Of a DNA stretch of 64,000 nt, positions 45,931-54,888 are shown one piece after another; the first letter of the stretch is position 1, and every line of letters begins with the position of its first letter. Where the stretch lies: contig OZ220706.1 in NCBI GenBank assembly GCA_965116695.1, positions 637,995 through 701,994 on the forward strand, written 5' to 3'. The notes below the pieces were generated by a model. That model saw only the letters and a program-made list of their open reading frames with translations. It was not told the origin of the DNA and did no database searches. Position numbers and translations under genes: made by a program. The DNA is from Acidobacteriota bacterium (GTDB lineage: Bacteria; Acidobacteriota; UBA6911; RPQK01; JAJDTT01).

Positions 45931-46281
45931 CTAACCCGCAGCGGCCCGCCGGACGATGGCTTCCCGCAAACCCTTCAGGAGTCCTTCCAGGCCCGAAATG
46001 CGTTCCCGGAGTTCGCCGATATGGGAATCGATCCGTCCCATTTGTCCGCGTATGTCCTGCACTTCCTGACGCATCTCCTGCCGCAGTTCCTGAATCTCCT
46101 GCCGCGTCTCCTGGCGGGTCGCTCTCATCTCGTGGCGCAGGTCCTGGATCTCTTCCCGTGTCTCGTGCCGCAGGTCGCGCATCTCGTGCCGCAACCCCCG
46201 GCCGCTGGCCAAAATCAGTCCTGCCAAGCCGATACCCACCGCCACCACCGCCGCCAGGACGCTCATCAGTTCGACATTCAT
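45931..46281 (-). CDS. Small N-terminally membrane-anchored coiled-coil protein with Arg/Glu-rich 18-residue repeats
   Basis: ATG at 46281 preceded by a GGAGGAGGA RBS. TM segment MSVLAAVVAVGIGLAGLILA. Tandem units MRDLRHETREEIQDLRHE / MRATRQETRQEIQELRQE. The upstream part of the listed 204-aa ORF is not protein-like. Confidence 0.6.
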   Translation of the reverse strand: MNVELMSVLAAVVAVGIGLAGLILASGRGLRHEMRDLRHETREEIQDLRHEMRATRQETRQEIQELRQEMRQEVQDIRGQMGRIDSHIGELRERISGLEGLLKGLREAIVRRAAAG

Positions 46282-46591
46282 GCTTCCTCCTCCGTTGACG
46301 TCCCCGTCACGGCGGAGCCAAATTGCGGCGAACAGGAACTGGGCCCTCTGTCCAATCAAGGGCCCTCGTTCCGATCGGTGCGAAACATTTTTCTGTTGAC
46401 CGCCGCCGGTTGTCAACTTCCATAGAGTAGAACGGCGAGCCGAAGGAATCTGCGACTGAAGGAAGTGCCTTGGCAAAGCCCGGCAGGTTCCAGTTGACTT
46501 GTTGGTCGGGTATGATCCGGGGATCGTGCCCGGGGGCGCCCACACTCGAATGAACTTTCAAATCGCCGTATTCGAAGGGCCCTGAAGAACC

Positions 46592-48289
46592 ATGAATTCT
46601 CCTGCGGACCCCCGATTCCACGTTCCAGTCCGAAGCCCGAGGTGCGCCGGTGTCAGGACCGTAGCCTACATACTGCTGCTCCTGGTTGGTTTCCTCGCCG
46701 CCTGCGCCGTCGAGCCGCCTCAGGATGGAGAAGCCGGCAATCGGAAGCGCCGGATCATCTTCAACGGCGACTCGGCGGTCCTCATGCATCCTGGAGCCTC
46801 CACCGTGGAAGGCTTTCTGACGCCCCGGCTCGAAGCCCTGCCGGGAACCTCCGTGACCACCATCAGTTGGTCGATCCTGTCCGGCGACGCTCCCTCCTAC
46901 GACAGCCGCGTCCAACCCATCTACGGCGAAGCTCAGCAATCTGGCCTGCCCGACTACATGAACACTTACGCTGACAACCTCAAGGCCCTGGTCGACGCCG
47001 GCACCTGCCCGCTGAAGATCGTCAATGATTTCGCCCATGAACACGGCATGGAGGCCTTTGCCTCAGTGCGCATGAACGACGTCCACGACAGCTTCGTCGA
47101 GGGGCACCTCTCCCGCTGGAAGCTGGACCACCGCGAGTTCCTGGTGAGCGCCCGCGGACTGCAGACGGCCATCGCCGAACCGGCCTTTCCCGGATCGGGG
47201 GTGGCCAACCTCTACTCCACGGCCCTGGACTTTACCCACCAGGTGGTCCGGGACCGCAAGTTCGAGATCATCGAGGAGGTCTGCCTCCGCTACGACCTGG
47301 ACGGCGTCGAGCTGGACTTCATCCGGCATCCCGTCCTCTTCAAGAGCATCTTCGAAGGAGGGGCCATCTCCCCGGAGCAGATCGCCCTCATGACTGCCTT
47401 CATCCGGAGGATTCGCGGCCGCATGGACGATATCGGCGAGGAGCGGGGGCGGCCCTTCCTGCTGGCGGTCCGGACTCCGGACGATCTGGAACTGTCGCTC
47501 GGCATCGGCCTGGATCTGGAGACCTGGATGCGGGAGGGCCTGGTGGACATGCTGATCCTGGGAGGCGGCTACGCCCACCACTCGCTTCCGGTGGCAAAGA
47601 TGGCCAAGGCCGCCCATGCCCACGGCGTGCCGCTCTACCCGTGCATCAACAATCCCGGCCAACTGATGGATGGCAAGGGATTGGAAATGACCCGGGCGCT
47701 GGCCACCAAGTGGTACGCTGCCGGCGCCGACGGGATCTATTTCTGGAACCTGACGGCTCCCTGGGAACAGGTCCGCGACGAGGCCCGGTGGCGGGCGCTC
47801 CGGAAGCGCGTCTATGCCAGTCTGGACGGTATCGACGACCCGAAGATGCTGGTGGGCGCAGAAAAGATTTACTCCGCCGCCGAAGAGGTCTGGTTCCCCT
47901 ACGCCTTCGTCTCCAGCCGCGGCGATCTGCCGGCGTCATTGGAGCCGGGAGGCCAAACCCGGTTTCCCATCGCGATCGGTGACGATGTTCCGCGTTTGGA
48001 GCAGGAGGGCCGACTGGAAAGCGCCGAACTCACGCTGCACCTGGAAGGCTCCTTGTCAGGGCCGGATCAATTGATCGTGAGCATCAACGGGCAGCCTCAG
48101 ACCGGTGGACGATTGCTGCCGCCGGAGGCGGAGACGGACCCGTCCCAAGTGGCTCTTGCAGTGGCGGCCGGCACCCTGCGCCAAGGGGAGAATCTGGTGG
48201 AGATCGGTCTTGGCGGGTCTTCACCGGATCGGGAGTTGACCCTGGTCAAAGCCCGCTTGAGACTGATTCCGGTTGAGCCTTCACCATGA
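46592..48289 (+). CDS. Lipoprotein with a glycoside-hydrolase-like TIM-barrel region (GHL10-like), function unknown
   Basis: Lipobox FLAAC. Central region LDGVELDFIRHP ... YFWNL resembles GH-like TIM-barrel hypothetical families. Assignment is tentative. Confidence 0.5.
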   Translation: MNSPADPRFHVPVRSPRCAGVRTVAYILLLLVGFLAACAVEPPQDGEAGNRKRRIIFNGDSAVLMHPGASTVEGFLTPRLEALPGTSVTTISWSILSGDAPSYDSRVQPIYGEAQQSGLPDYMNTYADNLKALVDAGTCPLKIVNDFAHEHGMEAFASVRMNDVHDSFVEGHLSRWKLDHREFLVSARGLQTAIAEPAFPGSGVANLYSTALDFTHQVVRDRKFEIIEEVCLRYDLDGVELDFIRHPVLFKSIFEGGAISPEQIALMTAFIRRIRGRMDDIGEERGRPFLLAVRTPDDLELSLGIGLDLETWMREGLVDMLILGGGYAHHSLPVAKMAKAAHAHGVPLYPCINNPGQLMDGKGLEMTRALATKWYAAGADGIYFWNLTAPWEQVRDEARWRALRKRVYASLDGIDDPKMLVGAEKIYSAAEEVWFPYAFVSSRGDLPASLEPGGQTRFPIAIGDDVPRLEQEGRLESAELTLHLEGSLSGPDQLIVSINGQPQTGGRLLPPEAETDPSQVALAVAAGTLRQGENLVEIGLGGSSPDRELTLVKARLRLIPVEPSP

Positions 48290-49089
48290 CCTCCGGCCAT
48301 CCGTCAGCGTCCGTCCCGGCGGTCGAAAAGCTCTTTCGCCTGGACGGCCAGGTGGCAGTCGTCACGGGCGGTGGCGGCAGCATCGGCCGCACGGCCTCTC
48401 AGGTCCTGGCCCAGTCCGGAGCCGCGGTGGTGGTGGCCGACCGCGATCGTGAGGCGGCGCAACGGGTCGTGGCGGATATCACCGGCGACGGGGGACAAGC
48501 CGCGGCCCGGGAATGGGACGTGACCCGCGAGCGGGAGGTGACTGCCGGGTTCGGCCAGGTCGTGGAGGAGTACGGCCGGCTGGACGTGCTGGTCAACAGC
48601 GTGGGAGGCGGCAAGCACGTCCCGGCCATGGAGATGAGCCTGGAAGATTGGAACGAGGTGCTCACCAGGAACCTGACCTCCACCTTCCTGTGCTGCCGGG
48701 AAGCGGGCCGCCGGATGGCCGCACGGGGAGGGGGCAGCATCGTGAACATCTCGTCGATCCTGGGACACAGCGGAGGGGGAATGTATCCCAACTCGGCCTA
48801 TCATGCCGCCAAGGGGGCGGTGGTGAACCTGACCCGGGCGCTGGCTGCGGAATGGGGTCCCCAGGGTGTCCGGGTCAACGAGATCGCTCCCACCTTCACC
48901 GACACGCCGCTGGCCGCGTCCATTCTCGACATTCCCGAGATGCGGGCCGCCATCGAGGAGTACACTCCCCTGCGGCGCGTGGCCCAGACGGGGGATCTGG
49001 CCGGCGCGATCCTCTATCTGGCCGGCTCCGCTTCCGCCATGGTCACGGGGCACAGCCTGTTGGTGGATGGAGGTTGGCTGGCTCGCTGA
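48286..49089 (+). CDS. SDR family oxidoreductase
   Basis: TGGGGSIG cofactor motif, YHAAKGAV catalytic Y-x3-K. ATGA overlap with the upstream gene. Confidence 0.9.
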   Translation: MTSGHPSASVPAVEKLFRLDGQVAVVTGGGGSIGRTASQVLAQSGAAVVVADRDREAAQRVVADITGDGGQAAAREWDVTREREVTAGFGQVVEEYGRLDVLVNSVGGGKHVPAMEMSLEDWNEVLTRNLTSTFLCCREAGRRMAARGGGSIVNISSILGHSGGGMYPNSAYHAAKGAVVNLTRALAAEWGPQGVRVNEIAPTFTDTPLAASILDIPEMRAAIEEYTPLRRVAQTGDLAGAILYLAGSASAMVTGHSLLVDGGWLAR

Positions 49090-49133
49090 ACCGGGACTGT
49101 GAAGTCGTGAGAAACGAAGGAGAGACCATCGCC

Positions 49134-50117
49134 ATGGGAATCAAGGGACCGACGACGGAGCAACTGCTGGACATGTACGCCGCCATGTGGCGCATCCGTC
49201 TCTTCGAAGAGCAGGCGGAGTACCAGTCCGGCCAGGGCAAGGTCCTGGGAGCGCTGCACACCTACATCGGACAGGAGGCGGTGGGAGTCGGGATCTGCGC
49301 CCATCTCACCGATGCCGACTACATCACCTCCACCCACCGGGGCCACGGTCACTGCATCTCCAAGGGAGCCGACGTCCGGCGCATGATGGCCGAGCTGTTC
49401 GGACGCGTCACCGGCTACTGCAAGGGCAAGGGCGGCTCCATGCACATCGCGGATTTCGCGGTGGGGATGCTGGGCGCCAACGGCATCGTGGCGGGAGGAT
49501 TCGGCCTTGCCACCGGAGCCGGTCTGGCCGCCCAGATGCGCGAGAGCGGGCAGGTCGCCGTCTGCTTCTTCGGCGACGGCGCCGTCAACCGCGGCCCCTT
49601 CCACGAGAACATCAACCTGGGGGCCGTCTGGCGCCTTCCCGTGGTCTACGTCTGCGAGAACAACCAGTACGCTCAGTGGACGCCCCAGGAGGAGATCACC
49701 CTGGTGACCGACGTGGCCTCCATGTCCTCCGCCTACGGCATTCCCGGAGCCCAGGTGAATGGCATGGACGTCCTGGCCGTCTACGAGGCGGCCGGCGAGG
49801 CGGTCGATCGCGCCCGCCGGGGCGAGGGCCCGACCCTGCTGGAGTGCAAGACCTACCGCTTCCACGGCCACAACTTCGGCGACCCTCAGCAGTATCGAAC
49901 CAAGCAGGAGATCGCGGACTGGTCCCGCCGGCACGATCCCATCCAGGGTCTGGGGGATCATCTCCAGCAGGAGGGGATCCTCACGGCTGAGGAGGCGGAG
50001 TCGATCCGGAAGTCGGTGGAGGAGGAGATCGCGGCAGCGGTGCGATTCGCTGATGAAAGTCCCTACCCCGGAGCGGAGGAGTTGACCCGCGACGTCTTCT
50101 CCACTCCGGTGGCGTGA
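49134..50117 (+). CDS. Thiamine-diphosphate-dependent 2-oxoacid/acetoin dehydrogenase E1 alpha subunit
   Basis: HRGHGH, TPP motif GDGAVNRGPFHENINLGAVWRLPVVYVCENN. ATG at 49134 after a GAAGGAGAG RBS. The longer listed ORF from 48513 overlaps the SDR gene. Confidence 0.9.
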   Translation: MGIKGPTTEQLLDMYAAMWRIRLFEEQAEYQSGQGKVLGALHTYIGQEAVGVGICAHLTDADYITSTHRGHGHCISKGADVRRMMAELFGRVTGYCKGKGGSMHIADFAVGMLGANGIVAGGFGLATGAGLAAQMRESGQVAVCFFGDGAVNRGPFHENINLGAVWRLPVVYVCENNQYAQWTPQEEITLVTDVASMSSAYGIPGAQVNGMDVLAVYEAAGEAVDRARRGEGPTLLECKTYRFHGHNFGDPQQYRTKQEIADWSRRHDPIQGLGDHLQQEGILTAEEAESIRKSVEEEIAAAVRFADESPYPGAEELTRDVFSTPVA

Positions 50118-50151
50118 GAAACAGACCATCCAGAAGGAGGACCAGCCCGTC

Positions 50152-51123
50152 ATGCCCTCGATACCCATGAACCAGGCGATTCGAGAAGCCCTGCACGAGG
50201 AGATGGCCCGGGATTCGAGCATTTTCGTCCTGGGCGAAGACGTCATCGCCCACGGCGGACCCTACGCGGTCACCCGGGGCATCGCCGAGAAGTACCCGGA
50301 CCGGATCCGCCAGACCCCCATTTCCGAGGCCGCCATCGTCGGCACCGCCGTCGGATCCGCCCTCTGCGGAATGCGTCCCGTGGCGGAGATCATGTACGTC
50401 GACTTCATCACCTGCGCCATGGATGAAGTGGTGAACCAGATGGCCAAGGTCCGCTACATGTTCGGCGGCCAGACCGACGTCCCGGTAGTCTTGCGGCTCC
50501 CCTCCGGGTCGGCGCGGCTCATCGCCGCCCAGCATTCCCAGAGCCTGGAGGCCTGGTTCATGCACGTGCCCGGCCTGCAGGTGGCGGTTCCCTCCACCCC
50601 CCGCGACGCCAAGGGGCTCATGAAGTCGGCCTTGCGGGGCCGGGACCCGGTCATGTTCATCGAGTACAAGCGCCTCTACTCGGTCAAGGGGGAGGTTCCG
50701 GACACGGAATACGCCATTCCCTTCGGCCAGGCCGACGTCAAGCGCCAGGGGGACGACATCACGGTCGTGGCGTCGGGGCCCATGGTGGGGAAGGCCCTGG
50801 AGGCGGCAGGAATCCTGAGCGCGGAAGGGATCGAGTTGGAGATCATCGATCCCCGGACCCTGGTCCCGCTGGACACGGACACGATTTTCTCCTCGGTGGA
50901 GAAGACCAACCGGGCCATCGTCACCGACGAAGAGGTTCGACGCGGAGGCTCGAGCGCCGAGTTGGCTTCCCGGATCGCCGAGGAATGCTTCGACTACCTG
51001 GACGCCCCCGTCCGCCGGGTGGCCGCCGCCGACGTGCCCATGCCCTTCAGCCCCGTGTTGGAGAAGCTGGCGGTGCCCAGCGTCGAGAAACTGCTCGCCG
51101 CGGCGCGGGACCTGGTGGCGTAG
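50152..51123 (+). CDS. 2-oxoacid/acetoin dehydrogenase E1 beta subunit
   Basis: Transketolase-like pyrimidine-binding region (RIRQTPISEAAIVGTAVGSAL) and C-terminal domain. Adjacent to E1 alpha. Confidence 0.9.
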   Translation: MPSIPMNQAIREALHEEMARDSSIFVLGEDVIAHGGPYAVTRGIAEKYPDRIRQTPISEAAIVGTAVGSALCGMRPVAEIMYVDFITCAMDEVVNQMAKVRYMFGGQTDVPVVLRLPSGSARLIAAQHSQSLEAWFMHVPGLQVAVPSTPRDAKGLMKSALRGRDPVMFIEYKRLYSVKGEVPDTEYAIPFGQADVKRQGDDITVVASGPMVGKALEAAGILSAEGIELEIIDPRTLVPLDTDTIFSSVEKTNRAIVTDEEVRRGGSSAELASRIAEECFDYLDAPVRRVAAADVPMPFSPVLEKLAVPSVEKLLAAARDLVA

Positions 51124-51135
51124 AGGACGAACCTG

Positions 51136-52368
51136 ATGGCGGTGAAATTCGGAATGCCCAGCCTGGGCCACACCATGGAGTCGGGGACGGTCCTGGAGTG
51201 GCTGAAACAGGAGGGGGACCATCTGGCCAAGGGAGATCCGCTGCTGATGGTGGAGACCGACAAGGTGACCACCGAGGTGGAGGCTCCCATGGACGGGATG
51301 CTCCACAAGATCGTCGTTCCCGCCGGCCAGGAGCGGCCCATCGGCGCCATTCTGGCGATTCTTTTGGCTCCCGGTGAAAGCCCCGATCCGGAAGAGACCG
51401 CGCGCCTGTTGGCGCCGGCAGGTGCGCCCGCGGCCCGGAAGGAGATGCCCGGAGTCTCGGCGCGTCCCTCGGCGCGGCGCAAACGGCCAGTCAAGTCCCG
51501 CCGATTGAGAATCTCTCCCGTGGCCCGGAAGCTGGCCTCCCGCCATGGCGTGGATCCCGCCACCGTGGCCGGTTCCGGTCCCGGCGGAAGGATCACCAAG
51601 GACGACATTCTGCGGGCGGCTGCTGCGGCCGCTTCCCCGGCGCAGCCCGCGCAGGAGCCCGAATCCACTCTCGGAGTGGCCCGGACGATTCCCCTGACCG
51701 GAACCCGCGGCCGCGTGGCGCAGCGTCTCACCCAGAGCTGGCGCGACATCCCCCGGGTGACGGAGGTGATGCACGTGGACATGAGCCGGACGGTGGAGTT
51801 CCGCGAGTCGAATCTTTCCCGCTGGGAGTCCACTTACGGATTGCGGATCTCCCTCAACGATTTGGTCACGAAGGCGGTCATCGTGGCGTTGGGGCGGCAT
51901 CCTCTGCTCAACGCCACTCTCGCAGACAACCAGGTTCGAGTTCACGGCCAGATCAACATGGGCATGGCCGTCCACCTGGACCAGGGGTTGGTGGTGCCGG
52001 TTCTGAAGGACACCGGCTCCAAGAATTTAAGCCAACTGGCTCGGGAAAGCCGCGCCCTGGCGGGCCGGGCCCGGGAAGGAACGCTGGATCTGGCCGACGT
52101 CAGCGACGGCACCTTCACCATCACCAATCTGGGCGGCGCCCACGTGGACCTGTTCACCCCCATCATCAATCCACCCCAGGTGGCGATTCTGGGAATCGGC
52201 CGGATCCAGCCCAGGCCGTTGGCCGTCGAAGGGCGGCTGGAGGTCGTTCCCACAGCCTACCTCTGCCTGGTCTTCGACCACCGGGCCGTCGACGGCTATC
52301 CGGCCGGCCTCTTCCTGAAGGAACTGCGGGACCTGTTCGCCCACCCGGAAGAATTTGCGGAACCTTGA
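51136..52368 (+). CDS. Dihydrolipoamide acyltransferase E2 (lipoyl, E3-binding and catalytic domains)
   Basis: Lipoyl-lysine motif METDKVTTEVEAP, peripheral subunit-binding region ISPVARKLASRHGVD, catalytic DHRAVDG. Confidence 0.9.
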   Translation: MAVKFGMPSLGHTMESGTVLEWLKQEGDHLAKGDPLLMVETDKVTTEVEAPMDGMLHKIVVPAGQERPIGAILAILLAPGESPDPEETARLLAPAGAPAARKEMPGVSARPSARRKRPVKSRRLRISPVARKLASRHGVDPATVAGSGPGGRITKDDILRAAAAAASPAQPAQEPESTLGVARTIPLTGTRGRVAQRLTQSWRDIPRVTEVMHVDMSRTVEFRESNLSRWESTYGLRISLNDLVTKAVIVALGRHPLLNATLADNQVRVHGQINMGMAVHLDQGLVVPVLKDTGSKNLSQLARESRALAGRAREGTLDLADVSDGTFTITNLGGAHVDLFTPIINPPQVAILGIGRIQPRPLAVEGRLEVVPTAYLCLVFDHRAVDGYPAGLFLKELRDLFAHPEEFAEP

Positions 52369-52449
52369 CATTCGTGGCCGGCGCGAACCTTTGGGCCACT
52401 GCGACCGCTGTGTTAGGATTTGGCACTTCTGCGCGGAGGCAAGAGAAAT

Positions 52450-53493
52450 ATGAAGGAAAATCTTCCGCTGCTTCCCACGTCGGTCATTGGCAGCCATGCC
52501 ATTCCGAGCTGGTTCTATACCGCGTTGGAGGCCATCGAAGCGGGAAAATACGGTAAGACCGACAAACGGGAACTCTACGACGACGCCGTGAGCATCGCCA
52601 TCCGGGACATGGAACGGGCCGGCGTGGACGTCATCTCCGACGGTGAAATGAAGCGATGGCACTTCGTCCAGAGCTTCTACGAGAAGATGGAGGGCATCGA
52701 ACCGGAAGAGCCGCTGCGCAGGGTGGGTTTGTACGCGTACGACTCGGTGCCGCGTTACCGTCTCCGGGAGAAGGTGACCGTCCCCCGCGGACTCGGCGTT
52801 GTCGAGGAGTTCAAGCACCTGAAGACCCAGACCGACAAGCCGGTCAAGGCCACCTGTCCGGGCCCGTTGACCGTCACCATTCACCTCAGGGACTCGTCGG
52901 TTCGCGAGTACTACCGGGACCGCCTGGAACTGTTCTGGGAGTTTGCCGAAGTCGTCAACCAGGAGCTCAAGGACCTGGTCAAGGCGGGAGCCGACTACAT
53001 CCAGTTGGATGAGCCCTCCTTTGCCATCATCCCCGGGGAACTGAAGGAGTACCTGGACCTTTACAACCGGTGCGTGGAAGGGGTCGATGCCAGGATCGCC
53101 TTCCATATCTGCTTCGGCAACCTGGGATCCCGTCCCCGCGGCAAGCGGGAGTACGGACCCATGATTTCCTACCTGCTGGATGCGAAGTGCGACGAGTACG
53201 TCCTGGAGTTTGCCAACCGGGAGATGCAGGAGTTGGAAATCTGCCGGGAACTCTCCAAGGAACGGGACATCGGCGTCGGGGTCATCGATATCAAGTCCTT
53301 CTACCGGGAGACGCCCGCAGACGTGGCGGACCGAATTCGCGCCGCTCTGCAATATATTCCGCCGGAGAAGCTCTGGATCGTCCCCGACTGCGGATTCTTC
53401 CAGCTTCCCCGCTGGATCACGGTCAAGAAGCTGCGCAACATGGTGGCCGGAACCCGGATCGTCCGCCAGGAGTTGACCGGGTCCCCGGACTGA
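52450..53493 (+). CDS. Cobalamin-independent methionine synthase (MetE C-terminal-like) family protein
   Basis: LPTSVIGSHAIP start, IQLDEP, HICFGN and PDCGF (zinc-ligand regions) typical of the Meth_synt_2 fold. ATG at 52450. Confidence 0.8.
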   Translation: MKENLPLLPTSVIGSHAIPSWFYTALEAIEAGKYGKTDKRELYDDAVSIAIRDMERAGVDVISDGEMKRWHFVQSFYEKMEGIEPEEPLRRVGLYAYDSVPRYRLREKVTVPRGLGVVEEFKHLKTQTDKPVKATCPGPLTVTIHLRDSSVREYYRDRLELFWEFAEVVNQELKDLVKAGADYIQLDEPSFAIIPGELKEYLDLYNRCVEGVDARIAFHICFGNLGSRPRGKREYGPMISYLLDAKCDEYVLEFANREMQELEICRELSKERDIGVGVIDIKSFYRETPADVADRIRAALQYIPPEKLWIVPDCGFFQLPRWITVKKLRNMVAGTRIVRQELTGSPD

Positions 53494-53524
53494 CGCTCGA
53501 AGCGGCAAGAGAAAGAAGGTGGAA

Positions 53525-53932
53525 ATGACCGACGTTCTCAAAGTGGGCCGGACCCTGACGACGGAGCACACGGTCGGCGACGATCTGACCGCGGATCGTT
53601 TCGGAAATCCGGGTGTCCGGGTGCTGGCCACGCCCGCATTGGTGGCCCTCATCGAAGCCTGCGCCATCCGCTGCGCCGCTCCCACCCTGGCCCAGGGCCA
53701 AGGCACGGTGGGAACCCGGGTGAACATGCAGCACCTGGCGCCGACGCCGGTGGGCATGAAGGTAACGATTCGGGTGGAGCTAGTGGAGCTGGAGGGCAAA
53801 CGGCTCGGCTTCGAGTTCCAGGCTCACGACGAACAGGACCTGATTGCCCGCGGCACCCACGACCGCTTCATCCTCGGGTCCATGGAGCGGTTTCTGGCCC
53901 GAGCCGCCGAGAAGTCAGGTGCCGGCGACTGA
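53525..53932 (+). CDS. Hotdog-fold thioesterase (FlK-like family)
   Basis: About 135 aa. VLATPALVALIE ... GTRVNMQHLAPTPVG ... resembles FlK-type thioesterases. Alternative GTG start at 53519. Confidence 0.7.
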   Translation: MTDVLKVGRTLTTEHTVGDDLTADRFGNPGVRVLATPALVALIEACAIRCAAPTLAQGQGTVGTRVNMQHLAPTPVGMKVTIRVELVELEGKRLGFEFQAHDEQDLIARGTHDRFILGSMERFLARAAEKSGAGD

Positions 53933-54680
53933 TTCGGTCCAACTCTCCATCCGGGACGGAGTGGCCTGGCTCACGCTCAATCGGCCTCAAGTCCTCAACG
54001 CCCTGGACCAGGAGATGGTCGGGCGTTACGTTCATTTCCTGAACCGGATCCGCGACGACGAGTCGGTCCGGGTCGTGATCACCCGGGGAGAGGGACGCGC
54101 CTTCTGTTCCGGCAGCGATCTGCGCGAGCTGGCGCCCCTCTCGGGGGCCGAGGCTACTTCGCTGGAAAGGGGCTACGGGGAGGCCTTCGGATTGCTCGAT
54201 TCCCTGCCCCAGCCGACGTTGGCGCTGGTGCACGGCTACGCTTTGGGGGGCGGTCTTCAGGTCACCCTTTACCATGATTTTCGGATCGCGTCCGGTTCCG
54301 CCGTGTTCGGACTTCCGGAGGTGGAGCTGGGATGGACGCCGCCCTGGTCGTTGGGGAGGACGGTCGATCTGTTGGGGGGCGCCGCCGCCCGGTGGCTGCT
54401 TCTGACCTGCGAGAAGATCGACGCGACTCGCGCCTACGAGATCGGGCTGGTCAATGAAGTGGTTCCGGACTCGGAGCTCTTGAGCCGGGGCGAAGCACTG
54501 GCGCGGCGGCTGGCGTCGTTTCCGCGGGAGGGTCTGGCGCGGACCAAGGCGTTGCTGCACCGGATGTCGGAGTTGAGGAGCGACCGTTGGGAGGGTGTGG
54601 CCTCGGCCGATTTTCTGGCCTGTTTCGAAGACCGGGAGAGCCGGAGAAACGTCCAGGATTTCGTGAGCCGGCGACGGTAG
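53919..54680 (+). CDS. Enoyl-CoA hydratase/isomerase (crotonase) family protein
   Basis: LTLNRPQVLNALD, FCSGSDL, GYALGGGLQV oxyanion-hole motifs. GTG at 53919 proposed, overlapping the thioesterase stop. Confidence 0.8.
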   Translation: MPATDSVQLSIRDGVAWLTLNRPQVLNALDQEMVGRYVHFLNRIRDDESVRVVITRGEGRAFCSGSDLRELAPLSGAEATSLERGYGEAFGLLDSLPQPTLALVHGYALGGGLQVTLYHDFRIASGSAVFGLPEVELGWTPPWSLGRTVDLLGGAAARWLLLTCEKIDATRAYEIGLVNEVVPDSELLSRGEALARRLASFPREGLARTKALLHRMSELRSDRWEGVASADFLACFEDRESRRNVQDFVSRRR

Positions 54681-54682
54681 GA

Positions 54683-54699
54683 GGGGACTGTTAGTCCCC
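54683..54699 (+). terminator. Short perfect hairpin directly after the enoyl-CoA hydratase stop
   Basis: GGGGACT-gtt-AGTCCCC read directly. The 3-nt loop and weak T-tract limit confidence. Confidence 0.3.
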
Positions 54700-54740
54700 C
54701 GAAATTCTCCTTGGTTTCCGAACGATTCGGCGGCGGGAAA

Positions 54741-54878
54741 GTGTAGAGGGGGGACTGCCGTCGTCCTTACGCCACCTTGAATCGGCGCCTGAAAGACGCC
54801 GATCCAATCGGCGGCAGGATGCCGCCGCTCCCGGCGGCAGGATGCCGCTGCTCCCGGCGACAGGAATGTCGCCGCTCC
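54741..54878. repeat. Intergenic repeat element, copy B: GTGTAGAGGGGGGACTGCCG head, one hairpin, then three tandem 23-24-nt hairpin-GCTCC units
   Basis: ATCGGCG-cctgaaaga-CGCCGAT (54781-54803). CGGCGGCAGGATGCCGCCGCTCC (54809-54831), CGGCGGCAGGATGCCGCTGCTCC (54832-54854), CGGCGACAGGAATGTCGCCGCTCC (54855-54878). Confidence 0.6.
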
Positions 54879-54888
54879 TTTCGCTCCT

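Noticed and set aside
52369-52449. SAM or cobalamin riboswitch ahead of the MetE-like gene
   Set aside because: The gap is only 81 nt, too short for those aptamers, and it contains just one weak 6-bp hairpin (GTGGCC...GGCCAC). The gene is probably co-transcribed with the E2 gene.
54809-54878. Tandem 23-24-nt repeats considered as a miniature CRISPR array
   Set aside because: The units are directly adjacent with no spacers. There are only three copies, and no cas genes are present in the window. A REP-like hairpin repeat fits better.
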